Source of the DNA: an uncultured virus (IMG/VR IMGVR_UViG_3300044715_001903)
Taxonomy: Duplodnaviria > Heunggongvirae > Uroviricota > Caudoviricetes
DNA: 20,000 bases
Direction: 5' to 3' (one strand)
IMG/VR virus record: IMGVR_UViG_3300044715_001903
Shown: in pieces, positions 8,032 through 16,544 of the stretch
How the letters are laid out: every line of letters begins with the position of its first letter
Numbering within the stretch: the first letter of the stretch is position 1
Made by a program: the position numbers and the translations under genes
Notes under the pieces: generated by a model
Seen by the model: the letters and a program-made list of their open reading frames with translations, nothing else
What the model was told of the DNA's origin: nothing
The model's database searches: none

Positions 8032-11000
8032 ATGACTTCCCTTGGTACTCTTGAACTACAGCTAACGGCCAACCAAGCCGCACTATACCAACAATTGAAT
8101 CAAACCAAGGCTTACGCCACGCAGGTAGCCAAGGGTATTGAGAAGCAGATAAACCAAGCCTTTGGAAGTGTCGGAGGAAACAGGCTAGGAGGTTTAAACC
8201 AAGCAACTGCTCAAGCTGCGAGTGCCGGACAGGCCGCGGGGAGAACTTTCACGGATAGATTCAAGAACGCAGTTGAGCCGATTAAGGGCATTTTAAGCAA
8301 TGTCTTTAATGGTGTTTTTGTTGGGGCTGGGATTGGGGCGTTTAACTCAATTACTGGTGTAGTTGGTTCGGCACTGGGTGCGGTTCAACAATTCGCGGGT
8401 GAGATTTTCAATGTTACCAAAGACTTCCAAAACTTTGAATCTTCACTAAAAACCTTCCTCAAGGGCAATCAAAAAGAAATTGATGATTTTGTCGGCAAGT
8501 TAGAGAAGTTTGCAGCTACTACACCGTTTGAGCTAAAGGATTTACAGCAAGCAGCAATCCAAAACTTAGCAACCGGTGCAAAACCAGATCAGATTATCAA
8601 AGACCTCAAAACCATTGGTGATGTCGCCGCAGGTGCTAACGCCAGACTTGGCGACTTGATGGAAGTTTACGCCAAATCACGGACTGAGGGGAAATTACAG
8701 AATGAAGACATTGACCAATTTACGGGGCGCGGGGTGCAGCTTCGGGCTGAACTTGCCAAAATGCTAGGGGCAAAGGAATCTGAAATTAGACAACTGGCCA
8801 CAGACGGAAAACTAGAATTTCGTCACCTTGAGGAAGCTTTACGCCGCATGAGTGCTGAGGGCGGGGCGTATTTTGGGGCAATGGAGAATAAAGCAAAAAC
8901 TTTAGAAGGTCGTCTATCCAACGTCCAAGATACTTTTTATCAGTTCCAGAAATCAATCGGCGTGGCATTTGAGCCGATCATGAATTTCATTGTCCAGACA
9001 TTTGGTGATATTGTGTCTGGCTTGACATCTTCTAACGGAATCATGAAGGATGTCCGCAAAGAATCTGAGAAATTAGTCGGAACTTTTAAAGCTAATCCGC
9101 AGTTGGTTCAATCCCTAAATAAAGCTATTCAAGAGTTAGTAGCGGGTGCGTTTAAATTATTATTAGACGGGATAACAAGTTTCACCAAATATTTAGAAAC
9201 TAACCCGAATATTATCAGGGATATGTCTACTGCCTTTAATGATTTTTGGGGAGTAGTTAAAGTCGTTTTTGACGGGTTAAAATTTATTTTTGATGGGATA
9301 AATTTAATTGTTGGTGGTATCCAAGCAGGTGCTAGAGGCGCGGCTGATATTTGGGTTGCCAGTGAACCAACTTTAAATAATATTTGGCAGAAAACCATTG
9401 ATATATCAAAAGCGATCGCTGATGGAATTGTTGCGGCATGGAATACCTGTGTAAATTTAGTTAAATCATTGATTAAGTTGATTCAGTCCTTATTTAATGG
9501 TGTTGTAAATCTCACAACTAACGGCATTAATTTGTTGAATGCAGGGCTAAAAACCGCAGTTTCAATTACTCAAGCTATTGGCGAAAATATTGGTAAATGG
9601 ACATCAAATATTGGTAGTGCTATTCAAAAAGCTGGGGAATTTGCAAGTCAAGGAATACCGGGAATTGGCAGCGCGTTTCAATTAGCTACCAAGAAGGCTG
9701 AGGAATTTTGGAAATGGGCAACAGGACAAAATCAACAACCAACGACACAGCCGCAAGCACAGCTACAGGCATCGTCACCTAACTCTGGTAATGGTAATAA
9801 CATAATAGGGAACATCGTTCAGGGCGTGCAAGGTTTTTTTGGGTTAGGATCACCCGCGAACCCCAAAAGCAAGGTAATCATGCGCCGCACTGGGCAAAAA
9901 GACGAAAACGGGCTAGAGAAAATAGCCTTGGTAGTTTATGACGATCAAGGACGGGCGATCGCTCAACACACTGTAAATAGCGGTACTCGTCGCACCCAAG
10001 GAATGTTCGGGGCAGGTGGAACTACTCAAAGCGGATCACTAGCACCTGTTGAATATGGCACTTACAATATTGGTGGCGAAGTTGCAGGGATGGGAGCAGG
10101 AGTTGGATCAAGATTTATTCCTGTAAATCCCACTTTTCGCACTCAACGATCTGCAATTGGTTTTCACTTAGATGCAAACCGACAGACAGCCCCAGGGAGT
10201 GCTGGGTGTATTGTTTTTGCCAACCAACAAGAGTTTGACAGTTTCCGAAATGCTCTCAAGCAAAGTGGCGCAAAACAATTGATTTTTGATGAAGGGAAGG
10301 GGCAAGTAGGTATTGTGAACGCCGTCGTCGGGACAGAGCTTAATAGCTTTAAGCCTATCCAAGAAGCAGCGAAAAATGCACTACCCACAGGTGCGGGTTT
10401 ATCGTCTCGCACTGCCAATATTGTGCGTGGTAAGAATGAGGAGATTTTCGGTAAAGCTGGCGTGACAGATAGCTTAGTTGCGCTAGTTAAAAAATCAGAA
10501 GGTTTTGCAGCAACACCATACTTTGATCGAACTCAATACTCGGTTGGTTTTGGGACTAAGGCTAAATCAACAGGCGATCGCTTAACAGTTGAAGAAGCAA
10601 ACCAACGGCTATTAAATGAGTTACTTTACAAACGTTCTCGCGTTCAGAAAATGGTCAAAGTCCCCATCAACAATAATCAATTGGATGCTTTGACCTCGTT
10701 CGCTTTTAACGTGGGTGAAGGGGCATTAGGAGAAAGTACCCTACTCAAAAAACTAAACTCTGGAGATTATGCAGGTGCGGCTAAAGAGTTTCTGAGGTGG
10801 AATAAAGGTGAACATCGCGGAGTTAAACAAGCATTGCCAGGATTAACCAAGCGGCGTAACTCTGAGATGCAATTATTTCTGAGCCAGTCAAATACTACAC
10901 CTGCTCAACAAGCAGCTATTGGAGAACGGAGAACGGGGAACGGGGAATTAGCGCAAACCCCAGGTGTCGCTCAAGGTGGCAATGCCGAAGATCAACGGAA

Positions 11001-13143
11001 TTTATTAGCAGCACGGCGTAAACTTGCAGAAACCAAATATCGAGAAATTAAAGATGAGATTGACGCGGCTACTAAACAGGCTGATAACGCTCAAAAACAG
11101 CAGCGAGAATTAGATGCTAAAAAACGTGATCAACTAGACAAAGAAAAACGGGCTGAGTTTGCAGCTTACGAGGCTTTAGCCCCAGATGATGAAGCTAAAA
11201 AGATTATTCAGAAACGCGCCAAACAATACGAGATTGATAACAGGTATCAGGAGAATTTGATCAAATTTTCTCAGGAACGCGAGGATCTTCTTGATGCCAG
11301 AAATAAGAAATTAGAGATTTTGGCAGCGGCTAAAAAGCGTGGTGAAACTGTTACGCCGGATGATGCTGGCGTGGATTACTCCAAAGCAATTAATCAGTTA
11401 GATGAAATCATCAAATCTCAGAAACAGTTGCGAGACTTGGAGTTAGAAACCAATAATTTAAACCAGTCCAGTGCAGAAAAAGAAATCGAGAAGAACAAGG
11501 ATCGTCAGCGAGAAATTGAAAAGTTATCTCGCGTCCATGAAGCGTACATTAATCAGTTGAAATTGCAGCAATCATTAGTTGGCGATGATGCGACAAAACA
11601 GGGTATCCAATTAACAATTGATAAGGCGCAGATTGAATACAGTGCTAAGGCCGCATTAATGCCACTGCAAAATCAACTTTATGATTTACAGGATCGGAAA
11701 GTTTATTTGTTGGGTGAGGGGGGATTGAAAAAAGATTCTGAGGAAGTCAAGCGGCTTCAGAAAGATATTAATAATTTAGTTGCTCAAATTCATTCAATTG
11801 CTAATAAGGGTGGCGTGGATTTAAAACTATTTGAGAATCAGCGTAAACAAATTGAGTTGCAAAATCAACGGCTAAGGGAGTCGGAAAAACAGGAAATTGA
11901 ACACAACAAACAAGTTCTTGAGCTTAATAAAGAAATTTCTACCGCACGGACTCAACAACAAAAAGCTGAGTTACAGTTTCAATTAGATAAAATAAACGCA
12001 ATTCAACAAGAAAAGCAGGTGTTAACCACTCTCAAGCAGGAATATGATGATTTAACCCAAGGACGCGAGAAATTAATCAATGAAGGCAAACTAGACGCTG
12101 CTAGTGATGTAATTAAAGTTTTAGACGGTAAGATTGCTGACTTAAACGAAAAAATTAAAATATTGGGCGAACAGTCAAAATCAAGTTTTGAAACCCTTAC
12201 CAGAGAAGGACAAAAAACCATTGAACAAGGCAGGTTTGCGGATCTAGAATCTGCGCTTTCTAAAGAAGCATCAATGTTACCAGCACAAACTGGTTTAATT
12301 CGCAGACGTGGTGGCAATGAATATGAAGTCTCCGCATTAGAAGCTGAAGCCGCAAGAATGGAGGAACAATTTAGATATAAACAAGAATTACTACAAATTG
12401 AACAACAAATAGCCGCCGCGAAAGGAAAAGCCAACGAGTACACAGAGCAAGAAATAGCTGCACTACAAGCCAATGCCGAAGCAATTAACAAGATTAATTT
12501 AGAGGGTATTTCTCAACAAGTGAAAACACTCGGCAAAGACTTATTAGATGTTGGTAAAAACGCCCTCGGTTCATTCTTTGGTGACATCATTTCTGGGTCT
12601 AAATCTGCGGGGGATGCCTTCAAAGACCTGATCGGAAGCATCGCCCAACAATTAACCCAATTGGCGGTTAACTCCCTTATTTCTAGTATCTTTGGTGGAG
12701 GTGGTGGTTTGTTCGGCGGTGGAGGCGGTAAAGGCGGTGGGATACTGGGATTTAGTGAAGGATATGTCCCCAATTACGCCACAGGAAATAGTAACCCCAT
12801 ATCAGAAGCACTAAACCGCGAGAGGGTTCAGTCAGGGGGCAGGAAAGCAATACTGGGCGTGTTTAATGAAGATGAGATGATATTGACCGCAGAACAATCT
12901 AAGCGTTTTCAAGAACTGCGATTAGACAAAATATTGAATTTTGCGAATGGTGGTATTGTCGGAGGTGGTCAAAATTTAAGTAATGAAATCGGGTCTAAAA
13001 ACATGAACATAAATATCCCCGTCACTGTAGAGGGCGGCGGGGATAGCTCGGTCAATGTTCCACAATTGCAAAATTCTCTAAGATCAGTTGTGTTGGCGGA
13101 AATTCAGAAACAACAGCGTCCGGGCGGGGCGTTGAATAGGTAA
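8032..13143 (+). CDS. Tape measure protein with internal Tlde1/LD-transpeptidase-like and GH24 lysozyme domains
   Basis: 1703 aa. N-terminal LGTLELQLTAN and tape-measure domain (FAATTPFEL..GKLQNED..TLEGRLSNVQD); amphipathic repeats; IGFH..SAGCI motif; lysozyme EG..D..GFG/NQLDALTSFAFNVG/GLTKRR.E; coiled coil; lambda-type C-terminus QKQQRPGGALNR. Confidence 0.95.
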   Translation: MTSLGTLELQLTANQAALYQQLNQTKAYATQVAKGIEKQINQAFGSVGGNRLGGLNQATAQAASAGQAAGRTFTDRFKNAVEPIKGILSNVFNGVFVGAGIGAFNSITGVVGSALGAVQQFAGEIFNVTKDFQNFESSLKTFLKGNQKEIDDFVGKLEKFAATTPFELKDLQQAAIQNLATGAKPDQIIKDLKTIGDVAAGANARLGDLMEVYAKSRTEGKLQNEDIDQFTGRGVQLRAELAKMLGAKESEIRQLATDGKLEFRHLEEALRRMSAEGGAYFGAMENKAKTLEGRLSNVQDTFYQFQKSIGVAFEPIMNFIVQTFGDIVSGLTSSNGIMKDVRKESEKLVGTFKANPQLVQSLNKAIQELVAGAFKLLLDGITSFTKYLETNPNIIRDMSTAFNDFWGVVKVVFDGLKFIFDGINLIVGGIQAGARGAADIWVASEPTLNNIWQKTIDISKAIADGIVAAWNTCVNLVKSLIKLIQSLFNGVVNLTTNGINLLNAGLKTAVSITQAIGENIGKWTSNIGSAIQKAGEFASQGIPGIGSAFQLATKKAEEFWKWATGQNQQPTTQPQAQLQASSPNSGNGNNIIGNIVQGVQGFFGLGSPANPKSKVIMRRTGQKDENGLEKIALVVYDDQGRAIAQHTVNSGTRRTQGMFGAGGTTQSGSLAPVEYGTYNIGGEVAGMGAGVGSRFIPVNPTFRTQRSAIGFHLDANRQTAPGSAGCIVFANQQEFDSFRNALKQSGAKQLIFDEGKGQVGIVNAVVGTELNSFKPIQEAAKNALPTGAGLSSRTANIVRGKNEEIFGKAGVTDSLVALVKKSEGFAATPYFDRTQYSVGFGTKAKSTGDRLTVEEANQRLLNELLYKRSRVQKMVKVPINNNQLDALTSFAFNVGEGALGESTLLKKLNSGDYAGAAKEFLRWNKGEHRGVKQALPGLTKRRNSEMQLFLSQSNTTPAQQAAIGERRTGNGELAQTPGVAQGGNAEDQRNLLAARRKLAETKYREIKDEIDAATKQADNAQKQQRELDAKKRDQLDKEKRAEFAAYEALAPDDEAKKIIQKRAKQYEIDNRYQENLIKFSQEREDLLDARNKKLEILAAAKKRGETVTPDDAGVDYSKAINQLDEIIKSQKQLRDLELETNNLNQSSAEKEIEKNKDRQREIEKLSRVHEAYINQLKLQQSLVGDDATKQGIQLTIDKAQIEYSAKAALMPLQNQLYDLQDRKVYLLGEGGLKKDSEEVKRLQKDINNLVAQIHSIANKGGVDLKLFENQRKQIELQNQRLRESEKQEIEHNKQVLELNKEISTARTQQQKAELQFQLDKINAIQQEKQVLTTLKQEYDDLTQGREKLINEGKLDAASDVIKVLDGKIADLNEKIKILGEQSKSSFETLTREGQKTIEQGRFADLESALSKEASMLPAQTGLIRRRGGNEYEVSALEAEAARMEEQFRYKQELLQIEQQIAAAKGKANEYTEQEIAALQANAEAINKINLEGISQQVKTLGKDLLDVGKNALGSFFGDIISGSKSAGDAFKDLIGSIAQQLTQLAVNSLISSIFGGGGGLFGGGGGKGGGILGFSEGYVPNYATGNSNPISEALNRERVQSGGRKAILGVFNEDEMILTAEQSKRFQELRLDKILNFANGGIVGGGQNLSNEIGSKNMNINIPVTVEGGGDSSVNVPQLQNSLRSVVLAEIQKQQRPGGALNR

Positions 13144-13563
13144 TTATCTGTGCAGTCTCAACTTCAAATCCCAACCCTGATCCTTTAATTGTTGATGGGA
13201 AAACGTTTCGCTCCCACGTCGCCCTATCTCGACGCTATAAAAAACTGATTTTGGGATATTCTCAACCCGAAAATTAAAAATACATCTTACCGCTGAATGT
13301 TCTTCGGGTTGTTTACCTGTCTCTGTTTTCCCGACGGCAATAACTGTCCCCGACTCGTTTTTGATGATTACCGGGATTTGACCCATTATGTCGATAAATC
13401 CATTTCGCCCATAACACTCACCCCTACTATTTACGCCCATGCCAGATGAGATTAATTCCAAGTATCCAGTCAATGTATCGCCATTTTGTGCATTTTGTGC
13501 GATCGCGTAAGGGCTAGGTATTGCGACCATTAACATAGTTCCGACAATTATTTTGTGCAACAT
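13144..13563 (-). CDS. Putative exported protein (signal peptide, two Cys), moron-like
   Basis: MLHKIIVGTMLMVAIPSPYAIAQ is signal-like; convergent with the tape measure, with abutting stops (TAATTA). Confidence 0.75.
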   Translation of the reverse strand: MLHKIIVGTMLMVAIPSPYAIAQNAQNGDTLTGYLELISSGMGVNSRGECYGRNGFIDIMGQIPVIIKNESGTVIAVGKTETGKQPEEHSAVRCIFNFRVENIPKSVFYSVEIGRRGSETFSHQQLKDQGWDLKLRLHR

Positions 13564-13949
13564 AAATTAGATCAGATTGGTTGTTTATCCAGAATACCAA
13601 TCTGATTTACCAGTTTTACGGATATTTATCACCCCATACCCAAAGAACAGGGAATGAACATTCTACGTAATTCCCAATGAAAAGTAAGCCAAGATACATC
13701 AATAAACCCAATTACACCCAAAAAGTAACGTTGTTCACTATCTGTAAGGTTACTCGATATTTATCACGGTAGTTGCTAGATTTCAGCACACATAAGGCAT
13801 ACACGCATTTTTTGTATGCCTTTTATCCCTCATAATTAAATTTAAAAATCCTCCAAAGTCTTATACAAAAGCACTTTGGAGGATTTTAAATTATTTTAAT
13901 AGAAACTAAATGGCCGTTGACTTCACGCCATTTGTTTAAGTAACTGTGC

Positions 13950-13981
13950 AAAAGACAGGGTATCTAAGTACCCTGTCTTTT
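13950..13981 (-). terminator. Intrinsic terminator of the minus-strand accessory operon (possibly bidirectional)
   Basis: Perfect 13-bp inverted repeat AAAAGACAGGGTA-TCTAAG-TACCCTGTCTTTT, 5 nt after the stop at 13987. Confidence 0.75.
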
Positions 13982-13986
13982 AAAAA

Positions 13987-14418
13987 TTATGAATTGTGCA
14001 ACGCCGATCTCTCGGCGTGTTTCTGTTCAATGGTAGGTGAAACACCTACCCACTGCTCTTTGTCTATTATTATTCTCTTTATCCGCACCAGTCCAGTGTA
14101 GGAGAAAATCGGTTCTCCGTCAACCACTTCCCGTGTGGTCTGGGGGATAAGGAAGGTCCTTATCCCCGCGTTAAGCCAGTCTATTTGGAGGTTTAGTGGT
14201 GCAACTGCTACCACTATTGAGTCAGCCGAGATCGTATGGCATACTATCTCTTGAACGCTATCTGTGTCTTGAGCAAGAATTATCTCGCTGAATGTGATAG
14301 TGTCGCCAGTGCGGCGAATATCTTTGATCGTCCCTCTAACCTGGTTTATAGCACCACCCCCCAGGTCTTCGACCATTTTAGGGTCTATTTTGTGCCGACT
14401 GAAAAAATAAACACTCAT
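13987..14418 (-). CDS. Small alpha/beta protein with N-terminal FFSRH motif; candidate Csx16-like ring nuclease
   Basis: 143 aa, AGGAG RBS upstream. YFFSRH..DSIVVAVAPLNL..AGIRTFLIP resembles my recollection of Csx16 (WFxSRH..GDxVIGTLPV.LA..GARY). The CDS is solid; the function is tentative. Confidence 0.5.
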   Translation of the reverse strand: MSVYFFSRHKIDPKMVEDLGGGAINQVRGTIKDIRRTGDTITFSEIILAQDTDSVQEIVCHTISADSIVVAVAPLNLQIDWLNAGIRTFLIPQTTREVVDGEPIFSYTGLVRIKRIIIDKEQWVGVSPTIEQKHAERSALHNS

Positions 14419-14521
14419 TCATTTTGAACTCCTAATGTTATGTTTGCGAATAAACCGCCAAGATATAAGCAAATATTACTTGTATCTTGGCGATCGCGGA
14501 ACTAAGAAGCTCCGCAAAAGT

Positions 14522-14884
14522 CTAACCCCACTCCAAAAACTCTATTTTCATCTTTACAGATTGCTTGAACAGTCTGTAGTCAAACTTAGATGACAGCATC
14601 AGGTTCGATTCATAGGGCTTTATGCCTTTACACCAACTAACAGATATGTGAGGATATTTGTTAGCGCAGGGAATATGATCAGGAAGTTTGACAGCTACAG
14701 CTTGTATTTTGCCGTTCCAAGCTTCATATAAAGTTGTGGCTTGGAACTCTTCGCCTATCCAGTGTGTCCAGTTTTCCCGATGCACCCCAAACTGAAGGGT
14801 TATATGGCGGGGACTCCCAACGGGGTAGCGTTGGGGAATTAATAGGGGTGTCTGGATGACAGCCCACAAAATTCCTTTAGTCAC
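14522..14884 (-). CDS. 2H phosphoesterase (cyclic phosphodiesterase; LigT/tRNA-ligase CPD/Acb1 superfamily)
   Basis: Two Hx[T/S] motifs, RHITLQFG and YPHISVS, followed by GIKPYESNLML (GVKPxxSNxML-like CPD motif). Confidence 0.8.
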   Translation of the reverse strand: MTKGILWAVIQTPLLIPQRYPVGSPRHITLQFGVHRENWTHWIGEEFQATTLYEAWNGKIQAVAVKLPDHIPCANKYPHISVSWCKGIKPYESNLMLSSKFDYRLFKQSVKMKIEFLEWG

Positions 14885-15239
14885 CTAAAGAAACCAGTGA
14901 ATAAATAATATCCGCTTTTATGTCCTCCGTCTGTTGCTCCAGTGGCAACCCTACCAACTCTGAATCAAGCAGACTAACCCTAACACCGACTTTGAACAAC
15001 TTGATCAAGGTCAGTCCACCTACCGAATCAGCGATTATGTGGTCGCCTTTATTTAGGATGATTTTAACCTCTTTCACGAGGTCTTTATCGTCGTAGCAGT
15101 GTTCAAATTCCTCAACTACGAGGACACCTTCCCTGATATAGAAATAAAAGGTGTTACCTTGACTTTCCCTCTCGTAGGAAAAGTCGGGATTAATCCCTAA
15201 CTTCTGGTTAAATTCCTGACTTAAAAACGAGTAGATCAT
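14877..15239 (-). CDS. Hypothetical protein
   Basis: ATG at 15239 with a GAGG RBS (120 aa). The ORF-track GTG at 15278 lies in the ribozyme stem I. The stop overlaps the start of the 2H gene. Confidence 0.7.
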   Translation of the reverse strand: MIYSFLSQEFNQKLGINPDFSYERESQGNTFYFYIREGVLVVEEFEHCYDDKDLVKEVKIILNKGDHIIADSVGGLTLIKLFKVGVRVSLLDSELVGLPLEQQTEDIKADIIYSLVSLGD

Positions 15240-15267
15240 GTTTATTTCCTCTTGTGGGGTGAAATTG

Positions 15268-15329
15268 TGACTTCCCACGACTACCAGGTGGTAGTTTCGT
15301 CCGGTAGTCAGCCGGACTCGTCAGGCGGG
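15268..15329 (-). ncRNA. Hammerhead ribozyme, type I, with loop II pseudoknot
   Basis: Minus strand: CCCGC CUGACGA GUCCGG[CUGACUA]CCGGAC GAAA CUACC[ACCU]GGUAG UC^ GUGGG A AGUCA. All core nucleotides, three stems, a GUC cleavage triplet, and loop II UGACU complementary to the 3' AGUCA are present. Confidence 0.9.
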
Positions 15330-15355
15330 CTATTCAAACTTTATGCCCCTCTCTT
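15286..15355. repeat. 70-bp direct repeat, copy 1
   Basis: 64 identical nt + 1 mismatch + 5 identical nt versus 16501-16570; spacing 1215 bp. Confidence 0.97.
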
Positions 15356-16452
15356 GACTCTTGTTTGAGCCACTTCTCAAAGGGCTTAACAACACCGTTC
15401 TTTATCTTCTGATCGTGCCTGTACTCGTCGTACCTTTTTTCTTGTTGCTGCTTAATTTCTTCTTGTTGCGCGAGCAACTCACTTGCCCGTCTGCGTTCAG
15501 CCAATAGGCTGTTTATATGGTTCATAATCTCATCTCTATCTGAACCCAAGGATTTAGATTTCCTGGTGCGTTCAGCCAACCCACGGGTGCGGTCTTCACA
15601 TTGTTGCCACACTGTCCCATCTTGGGTGTCCCACCAGAATGAATAAATGTAATCATCACCAATCCAAAAGCGATTGACGCTGCCCTTGGAATAAACCTCT
15701 TTCTGAAACCACTCAGGCATGGGTATGGCGGACTCAGCCGCTTTTATGGCTGCTTGTCTTGCTGCTAAATCTGCAGCATCAAAAGCCGCGTTCTTTTGTT
15801 TTCGATTTTCAATGTCACTAACAAACAGTTCCCATGTCATTTTTTCTCTTTTGCAGTGTTCATAAATTAAAACCTGTATTCTCCCCACTACTTCCTGTTC
15901 AGTAGGAATAGTGTATGTTTTCTTATTTTCAGTAACCCAGATGATAGTACCATCTGAGTGTTTATATTCATATTTTGTGTATACGTGTTTGTCAACAGAA
16001 TCGGCAAAGCCAAAACCGTCCATTTGGTCATAAGTAGCTACTTCTTTATCACGTCCGGTAGCTTTAAAAACTTGACCGCAATATTTACGGTCTAATTCGT
16101 GTATATAGTAGCTAATCCCGGAAGATAAACCTGAACCGAAGAAGCCCCAAGCACCTCTTGTTTGGTACTTGTGCCAGTCATCTAACTTATTAAACCCATT
16201 CTTAATGTCAGACAACAAAGCATCTTTTACTTCTAATTGCTCTTGCTTTTCTTCACCCCAGGAAACACACTGGGATAGTCTGTCGCAATCAAAATCTATG
16301 CTGCCGTAAATTTCAATTTCTGTTTCTTCCCAGTCAAGTTCATCAGGGTTAATCCCTGTTGCAATAATTCCATCAACTAAAGATCCGCCAAGGATCTTAT
16401 TTAATTTCTTCTGAATAGTAAAGTGTAAATCCTGAGCATTAATCTTAAACAT
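15334..16452 (-). CDS. Hypothetical protein (372 aa) flanked by the hammerhead repeats
   Basis: ATG at 16452 with a GAGGA RBS is preferred over GTG 16485; charged, coiled-coil C-terminus; no family recognised. Confidence 0.8.
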   Translation of the reverse strand: MFKINAQDLHFTIQKKLNKILGGSLVDGIIATGINPDELDWEETEIEIYGSIDFDCDRLSQCVSWGEEKQEQLEVKDALLSDIKNGFNKLDDWHKYQTRGAWGFFGSGLSSGISYYIHELDRKYCGQVFKATGRDKEVATYDQMDGFGFADSVDKHVYTKYEYKHSDGTIIWVTENKKTYTIPTEQEVVGRIQVLIYEHCKREKMTWELFVSDIENRKQKNAAFDAADLAARQAAIKAAESAIPMPEWFQKEVYSKGSVNRFWIGDDYIYSFWWDTQDGTVWQQCEDRTRGLAERTRKSKSLGSDRDEIMNHINSLLAERRRASELLAQQEEIKQQQEKRYDEYRHDQKIKNGVVKPFEKWLKQESREGHKV

Positions 16453-16477
16453 TTTTTCTTCCTCATTTATATCAATT

Positions 16478-16544
16478 TGAATCACCTCGTCTACCCAACG
16501 AGGTGGTAGTTTCGTCCGGTAGTCAGCCGGACTCGTCAGGCGGG
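16478..16544 (-). ncRNA. Second hammerhead-like motif, variant/degenerate
   Basis: Same 5' core and stem II as copy 1 and stem III CUACC/GGUAG, but the cleavage triplet is GAC, the stem I 3' strand is GAGGU and the pseudoknot partner is AUUCA. Confidence 0.55.

Noticed and set aside
10470..10884. Stand-alone endolysin or lysis cassette
   Set aside because: The lysozyme is in frame within the tape measure; no holin or spanin nearby.
1162..12773. Short overlapping or antisense ORFs in the track (e.g. 1162, 1390, 1646, 3845, 4526, 4635, 5980, 6317, 8786, 9129, 10164, 10168, 12003, 12513)
   Set aside because: Nested within well-supported genes; composition mirrors the sense-strand codons.
13629..13760. 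Minus-strand 43-codon open stretch (ISSNLTDSEQRYFLGVIGF..) vaguely like a BrnT toxin fragment
   Set aside because: No proper start codon or RBS, and the similarity is too weak to support.
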